Part shown: one piece after another, positions 34,730-45,339 of the stretch
Layout: each line of letters starts with the position of its first letter
Numbering within the stretch: position 1 is the first letter of the stretch
Source: a virus
Lineage: Duplodnaviria > Caudoviricetes
IMG/VR virus record: IMGVR_UViG_3300031555_001696
Direction: 5' to 3' (one strand)
DNA: 64,000 nucleotides
Made by a program: the position numbers and the translations under genes
The notes under the pieces: model-generated
Seen by the model: the letters and a program-made list of their open reading frames with translations, nothing else
Told to the model about the DNA's origin: nothing
The model's database searches: none

Positions 34730-36685
34730 GTGAATAAAATTGACAGAATTAAAGAACTTGTAGAACTATTAAATCATTACAGAAATGAGTATTATAATAA
34801 TTCTAGGAGTGAGATCTCAGACTTTGAATACGACAAGCTATTTGATGAGTTAACATCGCTAGAATATGAAACAGGATTTATTATGGCTGTGTCGCCTACA
34901 CAGACAGTTGGCTACGAGGTTAAGTCAGAGTTAAAAAAAGTAAAGCATAATCACCCCATGCTGTCACTAGACAAAACTAAAAGCGTAGACGATGTAATTA
35001 AATTTTTAAATGGTAAAGACGGCGTTATTATGGCAAAAGCAGATGGCTTAACATGCTCGCTTAGATATGTTAATGGTCATTTAATTTCTGCAGAGACCAG
35101 AGGTAATGGCGAAGTTGGCGAAGACATTTTGCACTGTGCCAAAACTATTAAAAACCTTCCGATAGAAATCAATTGTCTAGATGAAGTTATTGTTGATGGC
35201 GAAGTAATTATTACATATGATGATTTTGAAAAAATCAATGAGGCGTTACCAGAGGGTCAAAAGTATAAGCATCCTAGAAATCTAGCGTCTGGATCTATCA
35301 GACAGCTTGACAGCAGTATTGCCGCACAGCGCAGCATGCAGTTTATCGCGTGGAAATTAGTTAAAGGCGGTATATATGATTCGTTTTGTTTGAATATTTT
35401 TCATATGTATTATCTTGGCTTTGATGTCATTGACTATGCGCCTATATCACATCGGATTAGACCAAAAGACATTAACATCTATATTTCTTGCATTAAAGAT
35501 CATGCAAAGAACGCGGGAATCCCAATCGATGGATGTGTGTTTGGCTATGATGATATAGCTTATGGTGAATCTCTTGGAGCAACCGGGCACCACCTGCGGA
35601 GTCAGCTCGCTTTCAAATTTTATGACGAACTGTATCCAACTAAATTACAATATATTGACTGGACTGTTGGCAAGTCTTCCCAGTTAACTCCAACTGCTGT
35701 ATTTGAGACAGTAGAAATTGATGGAACTGATGTGTCAAAGGCATCGCTGCATAATATTAGTATTATTAAAAATCTTGGACTTACAAATGGATGTACTGTG
35801 AATGTGTTCAAAGCAAATCAGATTATTCCACAAATTGATTCCTGTGAAAATGACGGTAATGGGGACATTGAAATTCCTACAACATGTCCTATTTGCGGTG
35901 GTTTGACGGCCATTAAAAAAGATAACGAGTCAGAAGTGTTAGTCTGCACAAATTCTGAATGCGCTGGAAAAAAGCTTGCACAATTTACCCACTTCGTTTC
36001 CAAGAAGGGCATGGATATTAAAAACCTGTCTGAAGCAACGCTAGAAGTACTAATCTCGCATGGTTTTATACGAAAATTCGATGATATTTATTATCTTTCC
36101 AACCACTATGGTGACCTTGTTCATCTTGACGGGTTTGGCAAAAAATCTATCGATAATCTACTAAAATCCATAGATGATTCAAAAAACGTTAAGCTTGAGA
36201 ATTTCATTGCCGCATTGGGTATTACTAATATTGGATTATCTGCGGCAAAGACTATTTCTAAGGCATGCGATGGTGACTGGAATAAATTATGGGACATGTG
36301 GAATTATGAATATGATTTTACCAAGTTGGATGACTTTGGAGAAGTAATGGCAAATAATTTTGTAAAATATTTTGACACATATATTAACGACATTTCCGCT
36401 CTTGCCGACAGAATGAATTTTATTGTTGAAGAAAATAAGCCTGCTAGTAACAGCGTATTCACAGGAAAAACAATTTGCGTTACCGGAAAGCTGAATCATT
36501 TCACCAGAGATTCTATCAACGAAAAGATTACTTCCCTTGGCGCAAAAACAGCAGGCTCTGTCTCCAAGAAAACTGATTACTTGGTAACAAATGAGACTAG
36601 TGGATCTTCTAAATATAAGAAGGCTGTTGAGCTTAATATCCCAATTATTACAGAGGACGAGTTTATTAAAATGTTGGAGGATTAA
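34730..36685 (+). CDS. ligA: NAD+-dependent DNA ligase
   Basis: YYN..SEISDFEYD, HPMLSL, KADG, TRGNG, Zn finger, BRCT. Confidence 0.97.
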   Translation: MNKIDRIKELVELLNHYRNEYYNNSRSEISDFEYDKLFDELTSLEYETGFIMAVSPTQTVGYEVKSELKKVKHNHPMLSLDKTKSVDDVIKFLNGKDGVIMAKADGLTCSLRYVNGHLISAETRGNGEVGEDILHCAKTIKNLPIEINCLDEVIVDGEVIITYDDFEKINEALPEGQKYKHPRNLASGSIRQLDSSIAAQRSMQFIAWKLVKGGIYDSFCLNIFHMYYLGFDVIDYAPISHRIRPKDINIYISCIKDHAKNAGIPIDGCVFGYDDIAYGESLGATGHHLRSQLAFKFYDELYPTKLQYIDWTVGKSSQLTPTAVFETVEIDGTDVSKASLHNISIIKNLGLTNGCTVNVFKANQIIPQIDSCENDGNGDIEIPTTCPICGGLTAIKKDNESEVLVCTNSECAGKKLAQFTHFVSKKGMDIKNLSEATLEVLISHGFIRKFDDIYYLSNHYGDLVHLDGFGKKSIDNLLKSIDDSKNVKLENFIAALGITNIGLSAAKTISKACDGDWNKLWDMWNYEYDFTKLDDFGEVMANNFVKYFDTYINDISALADRMNFIVEENKPASNSVFTGKTICVTGKLNHFTRDSINEKITSLGAKTAGSVSKKTDYLVTNETSGSSKYKKAVELNIPIITEDEFIKMLED

Positions 36686-36687
36686 TT

Positions 36688-36939
36688 ATGAATGAACTAT
36701 ATTTTATGGGCTTAGATGTGGCCGCAGAAACTAAAACACTAGTTAACTTCACCACATCTACGTGTACAGAAGGTATGACGGAATCTGAACTCAAGGCATA
36801 CAACCTTGGTGTCAAGAATACTCTTGCAGCACTAAAGTCCGCGCTGGAAGATGAGGCTATTGTTGTTAATATTGATGGAATGGAAATTCCAACCGAGATG
36901 AACTTTGAAGATCTGAAAGATTATTTTTGTGAGGATTAA
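36688..36939 (+). CDS. Hypothetical protein
   Basis: GGAGG RBS. Confidence 0.65.
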   Translation: MNELYFMGLDVAAETKTLVNFTTSTCTEGMTESELKAYNLGVKNTLAALKSALEDEAIVVNIDGMEIPTEMNFEDLKDYFCED

Positions 36940-36941
36940 TT

Positions 36942-37427
36942 ATGGGAAATAATAATATCGTAAATAACTACTGTAGCACATTTACCCAAATTCTGAACGA
37001 CGTGGTTAAGAAGTATGAAACCAATGTAAGCGTCATTAAGCAAACCGAAGAAACACTTACCGATGTCGAACACGAAATTGAACTTGGGAAAAATCAAGAT
37101 ATGTATCATGGTTATTTGTTATATAAGCAAATCAAAGACCTTCGGATGAAGCGCAGACAGGCAAAAGATGAAAATGCTCTACTACAAGACATGTACGAAT
37201 ATATTAAAAGTCAACAAGGGCAGGCATTTAAAAGCAAGGTTCAGTCTATTCAAGGAAATTCCGCAAAGGTATATGAAGCCCAGGCTCGTAGAACATATAC
37301 GCCTCGACAACTAAACAATTTAACAATTACAGACAAAACGTGTGAAGTGAACCGCCCATTCGAAGATCTTTTGCGAGATTTTAAAAAGGAAAAGGTGACC
37401 ATGCAGGGAGGCAAGCTCCGCAAGTGA
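36942..37427 (+). CDS. Hypothetical coiled-coil protein
   Basis: DVEHEIE...RRQAKDE...RTYTPR. Confidence 0.7.
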   Translation: MGNNNIVNNYCSTFTQILNDVVKKYETNVSVIKQTEETLTDVEHEIELGKNQDMYHGYLLYKQIKDLRMKRRQAKDENALLQDMYEYIKSQQGQAFKSKVQSIQGNSAKVYEAQARRTYTPRQLNNLTITDKTCEVNRPFEDLLRDFKKEKVTMQGGKLRK

Positions 37428-37493
37428 CCACTTGACAAAACAAAATTAATGTGTTATAATAACCACGATCAAAAATTGAAAGGAGCGATCCAT

Positions 37494-37808
37494 ATGGAAG
37501 AAGAAAACAAGAATGTAGAATTAGAAGAAGCTGTAGAACCTCAGACTACTGCAGATGACGAACTAAAGGGTGCAATTGAGGATACGCTGTCAAAACTGCG
37601 TAGACAGTCAATGTTGCTAGGATTTCAAGTTGCATGTCAGACGGTTTTAGACAAGATTACTGCGTTTGAAAGAAAGCCTGGAAGTAAGTCTAATAATGAT
37701 CACAAGCGACTAATCAAAGAGATCAAGCAGTTTGCTGAGCAGGGTCTTTCCAGAAAAGTTAACACCGATGGTGAGACTGAGCCTATTGAACAAACAGCAC
37801 AAAATTAA
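37494..37808 (+). CDS. Hypothetical protein
   Basis: AGGAG RBS before MEEENK; promoter 37432-37460. Confidence 0.7.
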   Translation: MEEENKNVELEEAVEPQTTADDELKGAIEDTLSKLRRQSMLLGFQVACQTVLDKITAFERKPGSKSNNDHKRLIKEIKQFAEQGLSRKVNTDGETEPIEQTAQN

Positions 37809-37820
37809 TGAGGTGATAGA

Positions 37821-38426
37821 ATGAGAGTAGAAATCAAATGGCATGATGATATGTGGCAGGAGATTAAGGATAGTGCAATGTTTACAATCCACAAGTATAA
37901 TGGTGGCAAATATCCTGATTCTAAGTGGAAAAGTGACCTTTTACTATCTGAGCATTCACCTATTAGGGTTGGGCATCTAATTATTAATTGTTATGATGTA
38001 CCAACATTTGTTATCAATCATCTTGTTAGACATAATCAAGGATTTACTCCATTTGTATCTTCCTTGAGAGATGATAGAACAGAGTATGAAGACGGCAAAG
38101 TGCCGGATAGAAATACACCGAATGGCGTTCGTTTCGATGGCAATTTTCAGAGCTTTATCAACATCACAAGACGTAGAGAATGTACTTCTGCCTCTAAAGA
38201 AACAAGAGAATTCTGGAATGAAGTTCTTCTTGCTATTAAGGAATTTGAGCCGGAACTGTACAGTAGATGTGTTAGAGAATGTATTTATAGAGGTGGATGC
38301 CCAGAATACCCGACAACTTGTGGTTGGTGGGATGGGTTTTGCAAAAAACATCAGGACTGCAATCTGCTAAATATCCACGAAAGATACGACGTCTACAATA
38401 GGGATAGGGGTGGTTCCCATGAATGA
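37821..38426 (+). CDS. thyX: FAD-dependent thymidylate synthase (ThyX-like)
   Basis: SEHSPIR, HLVRH, SSLRDDR, RRREC, CIYRGGCPE. Confidence 0.75.
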   Translation: MRVEIKWHDDMWQEIKDSAMFTIHKYNGGKYPDSKWKSDLLLSEHSPIRVGHLIINCYDVPTFVINHLVRHNQGFTPFVSSLRDDRTEYEDGKVPDRNTPNGVRFDGNFQSFINITRRRECTSASKETREFWNEVLLAIKEFEPELYSRCVRECIYRGGCPEYPTTCGWWDGFCKKHQDCNLLNIHERYDVYNRDRGGSHE

Positions 38427-39000
38427 TCCACTATATCTGTTCGTTGGTAGGTCGTCATGCGGAAAGACCACTGTCGCCAACGTGTTAGAAGATAAATTTG
38501 GATACAAGCAGGTATATTCATATTGCACACGTCAACCTCGTTTTGAAGGAGAGCCAGGACATATCTTCGTGAGCGAAGAGGAATTTAATAATCTGGGAGA
38601 ACTAGCGGCATACACTTTTTATAACGGTAATCATTACGGCACGACCTTAGAGCAGTTAAATAAATGTAATATTTACGTAGTGGATATTCCCGGAGTAGAA
38701 TCGCTTCTAAAAAAGCTAGTCAATGACACACGTCCAATTTGCATCTTTTACTTTGACGCATCTGTATATAATCGCATTCTTCGTATGGTCGAAAGAGGCG
38801 ATAGCGATGGTATGATTCTGGCTAGACTGCTTGAAGACGAGAAATTTGACTGGTTTAAGAGACTAGATTCTTTGATATGGCACTATAACAATATTGTAGG
38901 GAAAAACATTGAACTATATAGTATTAATGCTAACAGTAGCCAGAAAGCTGTAACTGAGCTAGTGCTATATTATATGCGCAAACATGAAGGGTGGGTTTAA
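38419..39000 (+). CDS. gmk: Guanylate kinase-like protein
   Basis: GRSSCGKTT, SYCTRQPRFEGE.GHIFVS, GNHYGT. Confidence 0.85.
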   Translation: MNDPLYLFVGRSSCGKTTVANVLEDKFGYKQVYSYCTRQPRFEGEPGHIFVSEEEFNNLGELAAYTFYNGNHYGTTLEQLNKCNIYVVDIPGVESLLKKLVNDTRPICIFYFDASVYNRILRMVERGDSDGMILARLLEDEKFDWFKRLDSLIWHYNNIVGKNIELYSINANSSQKAVTELVLYYMRKHEGWV

Positions 39001-39002
39001 GC

Positions 39003-39554
39003 ATGGCTGTTATATTAGTAGATATGGATAATGTCCTCTGTAATCTGCAGGAAGTTGTAGTTAAACTATTTAACAAGAGGTATGGAACGCACTATACACT
39101 AGAAGACTTCACAGATTATGATGTGGCCCAGAATTTGCCTAAAAATGAGGCTATTTTGATGAAAACTATGTATAGTGAGGACGATTTATATAGCTATGTT
39201 AAACCTCTTCCAGGTGCTCAAAAAACGGTAGAAAAACTGATAAATGCGGGTCATCAGGTATATGTAGTCAGTGACGTTATTCCCAAGACTTATGCCGAAA
39301 AGGTTGAGTGGTTGAAGTTTTATTTTCCGCAGATTGATGAATCGCATATCGTGGCAATGAAACATAAACATCTTTTTAAATGCGATGTTATGATAGAGGA
39401 CAATCTGCAGAACCTATTGGCAAAGCCTTATTATGAGCGTATTTGTTTTGACTATGCGTGGAATCGCAATGTAAGTGATTATGCTTATGGCATCCACAGA
39501 GTTTCTCACTGGAATGAAGTATTGGATGTTATAAATAAATTAGATTTGGAGTGA
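39003..39554 (+). CDS. 5'(3')-deoxyribonucleotidase (NT5C, HAD)
   Basis: VDMDNVL, PLPGA, EKVEWL, MIEDN, YAWN. Confidence 0.85.
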   Translation: MAVILVDMDNVLCNLQEVVVKLFNKRYGTHYTLEDFTDYDVAQNLPKNEAILMKTMYSEDDLYSYVKPLPGAQKTVEKLINAGHQVYVVSDVIPKTYAEKVEWLKFYFPQIDESHIVAMKHKHLFKCDVMIEDNLQNLLAKPYYERICFDYAWNRNVSDYAYGIHRVSHWNEVLDVINKLDLE

Positions 39555-39560
39555 TGAAGA

Positions 39561-41810
39561 TTGGAAGTTAAAGAATGGCTAGGAGAAGACAATCAACTTG
39601 GAATTGATATTTGGGAGAAAAAGTATCGATATGAAAATGAAAATTTCGAAGAGTGGTTAGACAGAGTTAGCGGTGGCAATCAAACAATTAGAACATTAAT
39701 CAAAGAGAAGAAATTTTTATTTGGTGGTAGAATTCTTGCAAATAGAAACATTCCCGGAAACAAAACATATAGTAATTGTTATGTAATTGCACAGCCAGAG
39801 GATAATCTTGAAAGTATTTTTGATGCCGCAAAGAAGCTAGCAAGAACTTTCTCTTATGGTGGTGGATGTGGTATTGATATTGGTAAGCTGTGCCCCAAGG
39901 ACGCCAAAGTAAATAACACAGCAAAGAAATCTTCTGGTGCAGTAAGTTTCATGGATTTGTATAATCTGACAACGGCGCTGATCGGTCAGAACGGACGTAG
40001 AGGTGCGCTAATGCTCTCAATGCCTGTTAATCACCCTGATATCGAAAATTTTATTTGCATTAAGTCTGATTTAAGTAAGATCACTAATGCCAATATTTCT
40101 GTTCGCGTCGATGACAAGTTTATGAATGCAGTTAAGAGCAATGAAAATTATGAACTAACCTTCACTCGTCCAGAAAGTGGCGAAGTAATTTCAAAAACTG
40201 TTAATGCCAAAGAACTATTTCACAAAATCTGCGAAATGAACTGGAACTACGCAGAGCCAGGAGTCTTATTTTGGGATAGAATCACTAATCATAACCTGCT
40301 TGTTAATGATGATAGATTTGAGTATGCAGGTACTAATCCATGTGCGGAAGAACCATTGCCTGCTGGTGGTAGCTGCTTGTTAGGTGCGCTCAACCTTGCT
40401 GCGTTCGTTAACAATCCATTTACGTCTGATGCATATTTTGCAATTAACGACTTTTCAGAAGCCGTAGTTGATGCAGTATACGCATTGAATGAAGTTCTAG
40501 ATGAAGGTCTTGAGCTACATCCTCTAGAAGAGCAAAGAAACTCTGTCAGAGATTGGAGACAAATTGGTCTTGGTATGATGGGCTTGGCTGATTGCCTAAT
40601 TAAGCTTGGACTTGTCTACGGCTCAAAGCAAGCAAATGAACTATGCGATCAGATTGCAAAAACTCTATTTGAAATGTCTATTAGAGCATCTGAAGACAGA
40701 AGCCATAACCATGGTAATTATCCAATGTTTGATACAGACGTTGTTAATTCTTCTCCTATGATGCAAGCAATTGATTATCAAGTTAATGGCCTAAACAATT
40801 CTCAGTTGCTTACCATTGCACCAACTGGCAGCATCTCAACAATGCTTGGTATTAGCGGAGGTATTGAGCCTATCTTTGCAAATTCTTACACTCGTAAGAC
40901 TCAGTCTCTACATGGAGAAGATGTATTCTATAAGGTGTATACACCAATTGTTAAGGCATACATGGATGCACATGGACTAAAAGACGAGTCTAAGCTGCCT
41001 AAGGAATTTGTTGTAGCATCTGACATTTCTCCTGAAAATAGAATTAGATGTCAAGCTGCGTGGCAAAATTGGATTGATGCTAGTATTTCTTCTACTATCA
41101 ATCTACCAAATGATGCAACTATTGAAGATGTCGAGAAAATCTATATGCTTGCATGGGAATGTGGACTAAAGGGCGTTACTGTTTATCGTGCAGGATGTGC
41201 TAGAGAAGGCATCCTAGTTACTGATGAAACAAAAAATGCTAATCAAAAATCTGGTAGCGTAGGCAAATCAGTTAATGATCTGCCAAGAGGTTATGTCATC
41301 GATACGAGTGATGATTTAATTGGATACAAACGTAAACTAAATACTGGATGCGGTTCTGTACACATGGAAGTGTATTTTGACGAAATGTCTGGAGATCCGC
41401 AGGAAACATTTATTAATATTGGCAGTGGCGGTGGATGTGAAAGAAATTACCAGTTTATCTCTAGATTAATTTCTCTTGCTCTACGTGCAGGTGTTACTAT
41501 TGAAGATATTATCGATCAGGCAAACAGCATTAGACCATGCACCGCATATGTCAACAGAACAAAGTCAAAGCGTGATACATCTCCTGGTACGTCATGCCCG
41601 TCTGCAATCGGCAAGGCACTACAAGATTTATGCGAAAAGATGAGAGACAGGTGCTTTGATTGCAATGAAGAATACGATGCCAATACAGAAAATGTAAATC
41701 GTAATCTTAAATTAGACAACAAGTCTTTATGTCCAGATTGTGGTACAAAGCTGCACCAAGAGGGTGGATGCAATATCTGTAAAAATTGCGGATGGACCAA
41801 ATGTGAATAG
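39561..41810 (+). CDS. nrdJ: Class II (B12-dependent) ribonucleotide reductase with TSCPD domain
   Basis: SNCYV, GRRGA, TNPCAEEPL, TIAPTGSIS, KGVTVYR, TSCPSAIG, CPDC..CKNCGWTKC; no small subunit nearby. Confidence 0.92.
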   Translation: MEVKEWLGEDNQLGIDIWEKKYRYENENFEEWLDRVSGGNQTIRTLIKEKKFLFGGRILANRNIPGNKTYSNCYVIAQPEDNLESIFDAAKKLARTFSYGGGCGIDIGKLCPKDAKVNNTAKKSSGAVSFMDLYNLTTALIGQNGRRGALMLSMPVNHPDIENFICIKSDLSKITNANISVRVDDKFMNAVKSNENYELTFTRPESGEVISKTVNAKELFHKICEMNWNYAEPGVLFWDRITNHNLLVNDDRFEYAGTNPCAEEPLPAGGSCLLGALNLAAFVNNPFTSDAYFAINDFSEAVVDAVYALNEVLDEGLELHPLEEQRNSVRDWRQIGLGMMGLADCLIKLGLVYGSKQANELCDQIAKTLFEMSIRASEDRSHNHGNYPMFDTDVVNSSPMMQAIDYQVNGLNNSQLLTIAPTGSISTMLGISGGIEPIFANSYTRKTQSLHGEDVFYKVYTPIVKAYMDAHGLKDESKLPKEFVVASDISPENRIRCQAAWQNWIDASISSTINLPNDATIEDVEKIYMLAWECGLKGVTVYRAGCAREGILVTDETKNANQKSGSVGKSVNDLPRGYVIDTSDDLIGYKRKLNTGCGSVHMEVYFDEMSGDPQETFINIGSGGGCERNYQFISRLISLALRAGVTIEDIIDQANSIRPCTAYVNRTKSKRDTSPGTSCPSAIGKALQDLCEKMRDRCFDCNEEYDANTENVNRNLKLDNKSLCPDCGTKLHQEGGCNICKNCGWTKCE

Positions 41811-41841
41811 TAACAATACAAAATTAATAGGAGGACGAATT

Positions 41842-42138
41842 ATGGAAGAAAAGATTTATCAATGTGGCTTCTGTGGAAGCACATTTAACGAAATTCACGA
41901 AAGAATGAATTGCGAAGCGGCATGTCATAAAAAGCACGCAGAAGAAATTAAGGCCGCAGAAGAAGCAAAGAAGATTGAGGAAAAGAAGGCACGTAAAGCA
42001 GAAGTCGATGAAGCATTTGAAAATCTACATAGACTAGTTACCGCATACGTTAAGGATTATGGTCACTATGAATATAGCGATGGTGGTGAAGATACTAATT
42101 TTCACTGGCCCAGTCGACTATGGCATAGTTTTTGGTAA
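41842..42138 (+). CDS. Hypothetical Zn-binding/coiled-coil protein
   Basis: GGAGG RBS before MEEKIYQCGFC. Confidence 0.65.
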   Translation: MEEKIYQCGFCGSTFNEIHERMNCEAACHKKHAEEIKAAEEAKKIEEKKARKAEVDEAFENLHRLVTAYVKDYGHYEYSDGGEDTNFHWPSRLWHSFW

Positions 42139-42149
42139 GGAGAAATAAT

Positions 42150-42695
42150 ATGGTAAATATTAAGTTTGCAAAAGTTAGATCTGACGCAATCATTCCTAGT
42201 AAGCGTGACGAAGATATGGGTTATGATATCTACGCTTGTTTTGACGAAGATTACATTGTAATTGAACCGCATGAAACAAAGCTAATTCCGACTGGTATTG
42301 CAAGTGCTTGCGATCCTGGATATGGATTTCTTCTATTCGAAAGAGGGAGCACTGGATCTAAGGGCATTGCAAGAAGATGTGGGGTTATTGATTCTGGTTA
42401 TCGCAATGAGTGGTTTGTCGGTTTAACTAATACAACCAATAGTAAACTATTTATTTCCAAGCTTAATTCTAAGGAGTTAGTAGAGGAGCTAGTTATTGAT
42501 AAGGAAAATCCTATTGATTGGCATCTTGCAGAAAATGAAGTGCTTAATAGCATTGTTTATCCTTATTCAAAGGCTATTGTACAGGCCATTGTAACGCCTG
42601 TACTAGAAACCGATGAGCATGAACTATCTTATGAGGATCTAAAAGCTATTCCGTCTGAGCGAGGCATGGGGGCTCTTGGTAGTTCAAATAAGTAA
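42150..42695 (+). CDS. dut: Trimeric dUTPase
   Basis: MGYD, IPTGI, ERGSTG, GVIDSGYRNEW, RGMGALGSS. Confidence 0.92.
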   Translation: MVNIKFAKVRSDAIIPSKRDEDMGYDIYACFDEDYIVIEPHETKLIPTGIASACDPGYGFLLFERGSTGSKGIARRCGVIDSGYRNEWFVGLTNTTNSKLFISKLNSKELVEELVIDKENPIDWHLAENEVLNSIVYPYSKAIVQAIVTPVLETDEHELSYEDLKAIPSERGMGALGSSNK

Positions 42696-42709
42696 CAACT
42701 AAATAAAAA

Positions 42710-42758
42710 TTACGGAGTACTGAAATGAATCAAAAACCAGTGCTCCGTAAAATTTTTG
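42710..42758 (+). terminator. Intrinsic terminator
   Basis: TTACGGAGTACTG / CAGTGCTCCGTAA stem then ATTTTT. Confidence 0.75.
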
Positions 42759-42841
42759 TGTGAAGATATACGGCGAGGTATATCAATATTAAGTATGCTC
42801 ACATATATCTAAAATATACATTAATTAAATTGGAGATTTAT

Positions 42842-43003
42842 ATGAAAGATGTAATTATAAGATATTTACCATACGGAACAACTCAAGAAGAATTAAAACA
42901 AATAAGGCATGAATTTAAGGATGAAAACACAACTCTTATTTTGATAATTTCAGGTCAAGATAAACTATTGGATAACTTGCAATCTCTTGTGAATATTGAC
43001 TAA
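42842..43003 (+). CDS. Small protein (53 aa) upstream of integrase
   Basis: GGAG RBS; MKDVIIRYLPYG...VNID*. Confidence 0.55.
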   Translation: MKDVIIRYLPYGTTQEELKQIRHEFKDENTTLILIISGQDKLLDNLQSLVNID

Positions 43004-43058
43004 TTTTGCATTTCGAGTTACAATAAGGTATATAGAAAGTAACAATGAGGTGAATGCT

Positions 43059-45044
43059 ATGAACAAGAAAAAAGTAGAAATATTAATACAACAAGAACTG
43101 ATCGAGGCTGTTGGTTATTTGCGTTTATCTAAAGATGATGGAGATGACGAAAGTACATCAATAACAAATCAAAGGGCTATTATAGCAGATTGGGCGGCAC
43201 AAAATGGATTTATAATTACTGACTGGTATGTTGACGACGGATATAGCGGATACAAAATGAACAGACCAGATTTTAATAGACTTAAAAATGATTTGAATGC
43301 AGGTAAGGTTAAAGTTGTTATAGCAAAACACTTATCACGTATCGGTAGAAGAGGATCTGAAGTAAATTTATTTTTAGAAAACATGCAAGAAGATGGTAAT
43401 AGAGTAATTACCATAAGTGATGGATATGATACATTTGATGAACGTACACATGATACTGTTGGAATTAACACTTGGGTAAATGAAAAATATGTTAGAGATA
43501 CAAGTAAGAATGTAAGAGCGGCAATAGAAAGGATGCAAAAAGAAGGAAGATTTATTTGTCAAGTACCGTATGGATATGAATTAGATCCGTTTATTAAAGG
43601 AAAATATTATATAGATAAAACCTGCGCGATTCATGTACAAGAAATATTTGATATGTATTTAAACGGTTACGGAAGTAAAGCAATAGCAAAAATATTAACA
43701 GAACGTAAAATACCTACTTATTGGCAAAATGTTAAGACAAGGATGGAAAGACGTGGACAAATTTATCGTGGAAGAGATTTTGAAGGAATATGGACACCAA
43801 ATACGATACTGAAAATACTAAGAAACGATTTTTATATCGGTGTATTAACACTTGGTAAAAGTAAAAGAAGAACAATCAATGGGAAAAAAGTTATGCAAAA
43901 AGATGAAGACTTAATAAGATTTGAAGATGCTCATGAACCATTAATCGACAAACAAACATTTAAACTTGCGCAAGAAATTATGGCGGAAAGAACACATTCT
44001 AATTACAGAAGTTCAGAAAAGGGACCAACCATCTTCTCTGGAAAATTATACTGTGCTGACTGTGGAACCAGATTGACTCCAAGCACAAGTGCTAAAACAC
44101 AAAGATATGTATGTCGTAAATATCACCTAGCAGGAACCGATTATTGCACTAGTCACTCAACAAACGACAGAAACCTAACGGCTGCATTAATATACTTCCT
44201 TGAACATTGTAGGGATAATTTAGCAGAAGCGATATCTGACTTAAAAATAGAATCCAGAAATAAAATGAAAGATTACCAAAAAGATAGTTTTGCAGTTTTA
44301 CAAAAAGATAAAGAAAGAATAGAAAAAGAAATTGAAGTTCTGATAGAACAAAAAATGCGTGAAACTATTGCTAATCCAACAATGAAAGAATTCATAGATA
44401 AAACTTATGCTAATATGATTAATACAAAATATTCAGAATTACAATCAGCAACTGCAAGAATTGATGAAATAGAAGAAGAGACATCTCAAAATGTAGATAT
44501 GAAAAAAGAACTGACATCTGTATTAGATATATTTGACGATATTATTTCAAGCAAAACATTAAGCCGTCGTCAAATTGAAACCATAGTTGAAAAAATTCTA
44601 GTTCATGAAGACGGTGGCATGGATATATTCCTTAAAGGAGATTTGCATGAATTGTGTACGAATTATATCCAATTTAAAAGTTCAAGCAAAGAAGCTATTG
44701 TTGAAAATATGATTAAATATATGGAAATGCACGCAGACGAACCAATCATTAAAAAGAAATGTGAAAAATATGTTAGAGCGCAAGGAGTAAGATTCGACAC
44801 AAATATCTTTTCTAAACTATATCACAATATGATAGATTGTGGATACCTTGAGCCTATATCTCCCGTTAAGGGAAGTCGCAAAGGGAGCCGTGTAGTAGAT
44901 GTTGACAAATTAAAACAAGCACTGAAAGATGACACCGTTATGGCATACTCCCCAAGGTGTGAGAGAAGAAGTGTCACTATTCAATTCTTACATAAAGTAT
45001 ATAAATGGTATATTGGCACAAAGCCAAAATATAAAAAGTATTAA
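43059..45044 (+). CDS. Large serine recombinase (integrase)
   Basis: YLRLSKDD...SITNQ, DDGYSG..MNRPDF, LSRIGR, recombinase domain PYGY, Zn ribbon YCADCG, coiled coil; GAGGT RBS before ATG 43059. Confidence 0.92.
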   Translation: MNKKKVEILIQQELIEAVGYLRLSKDDGDDESTSITNQRAIIADWAAQNGFIITDWYVDDGYSGYKMNRPDFNRLKNDLNAGKVKVVIAKHLSRIGRRGSEVNLFLENMQEDGNRVITISDGYDTFDERTHDTVGINTWVNEKYVRDTSKNVRAAIERMQKEGRFICQVPYGYELDPFIKGKYYIDKTCAIHVQEIFDMYLNGYGSKAIAKILTERKIPTYWQNVKTRMERRGQIYRGRDFEGIWTPNTILKILRNDFYIGVLTLGKSKRRTINGKKVMQKDEDLIRFEDAHEPLIDKQTFKLAQEIMAERTHSNYRSSEKGPTIFSGKLYCADCGTRLTPSTSAKTQRYVCRKYHLAGTDYCTSHSTNDRNLTAALIYFLEHCRDNLAEAISDLKIESRNKMKDYQKDSFAVLQKDKERIEKEIEVLIEQKMRETIANPTMKEFIDKTYANMINTKYSELQSATARIDEIEEETSQNVDMKKELTSVLDIFDDIISSKTLSRRQIETIVEKILVHEDGGMDIFLKGDLHELCTNYIQFKSSSKEAIVENMIKYMEMHADEPIIKKKCEKYVRAQGVRFDTNIFSKLYHNMIDCGYLEPISPVKGSRKGSRVVDVDKLKQALKDDTVMAYSPRCERRSVTIQFLHKVYKWYIGTKPKYKKY

Positions 45045-45149
45045 CACTCCCCTATCAAATTTTGCATTGCATTGTAGTAAAACGCTCAAATTATGACTTC
45101 AAGTATATTGCAAAGCGTGGTATAATATCCACGAAGGAGTGTGGATAAA

Positions 45150-45305
45150 ATGAAAGAAAGCAAGATAAATTTTACTCTTAGAATTGATCCAAGTCTTAAG
45201 TTTCAACTAGAGCGCATAGCTCGCAATGAAGATCGAACACTTACAAATTTAATCAATATGGCTTTAAAAAGATATGTAGATGTCTATAATGGGGCAAAAA
45301 AATAA
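45150..45305 (+). CDS. Arc/CopG-like ribbon-helix-helix DNA-binding protein (51 aa)
   Basis: NFTLRIDPSLKFQLERIARNEDRTLTNLI; AAGGAG RBS inside TATCCAC/GTGGATA inverted repeat. Confidence 0.8.
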   Translation: MKESKINFTLRIDPSLKFQLERIARNEDRTLTNLINMALKRYVDVYNGAKK

Positions 45306-45332
45306 GGACGCGGAAATTAATCCACGTCCTTA
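45303..45332. terminator. Hairpin between convergent transcription units
   Basis: TAAGGACGCGGA-AATTAA-TCCACGTCCTTA. Confidence 0.7.
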
Positions 45333-45339
45333 AATATTA

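Noticed and set aside
2929-41810. Inteins/introns in dnaE, ligA, nrdJ
   Set aside because: Lengths are normal and no C...HN intein or intron motifs were seen
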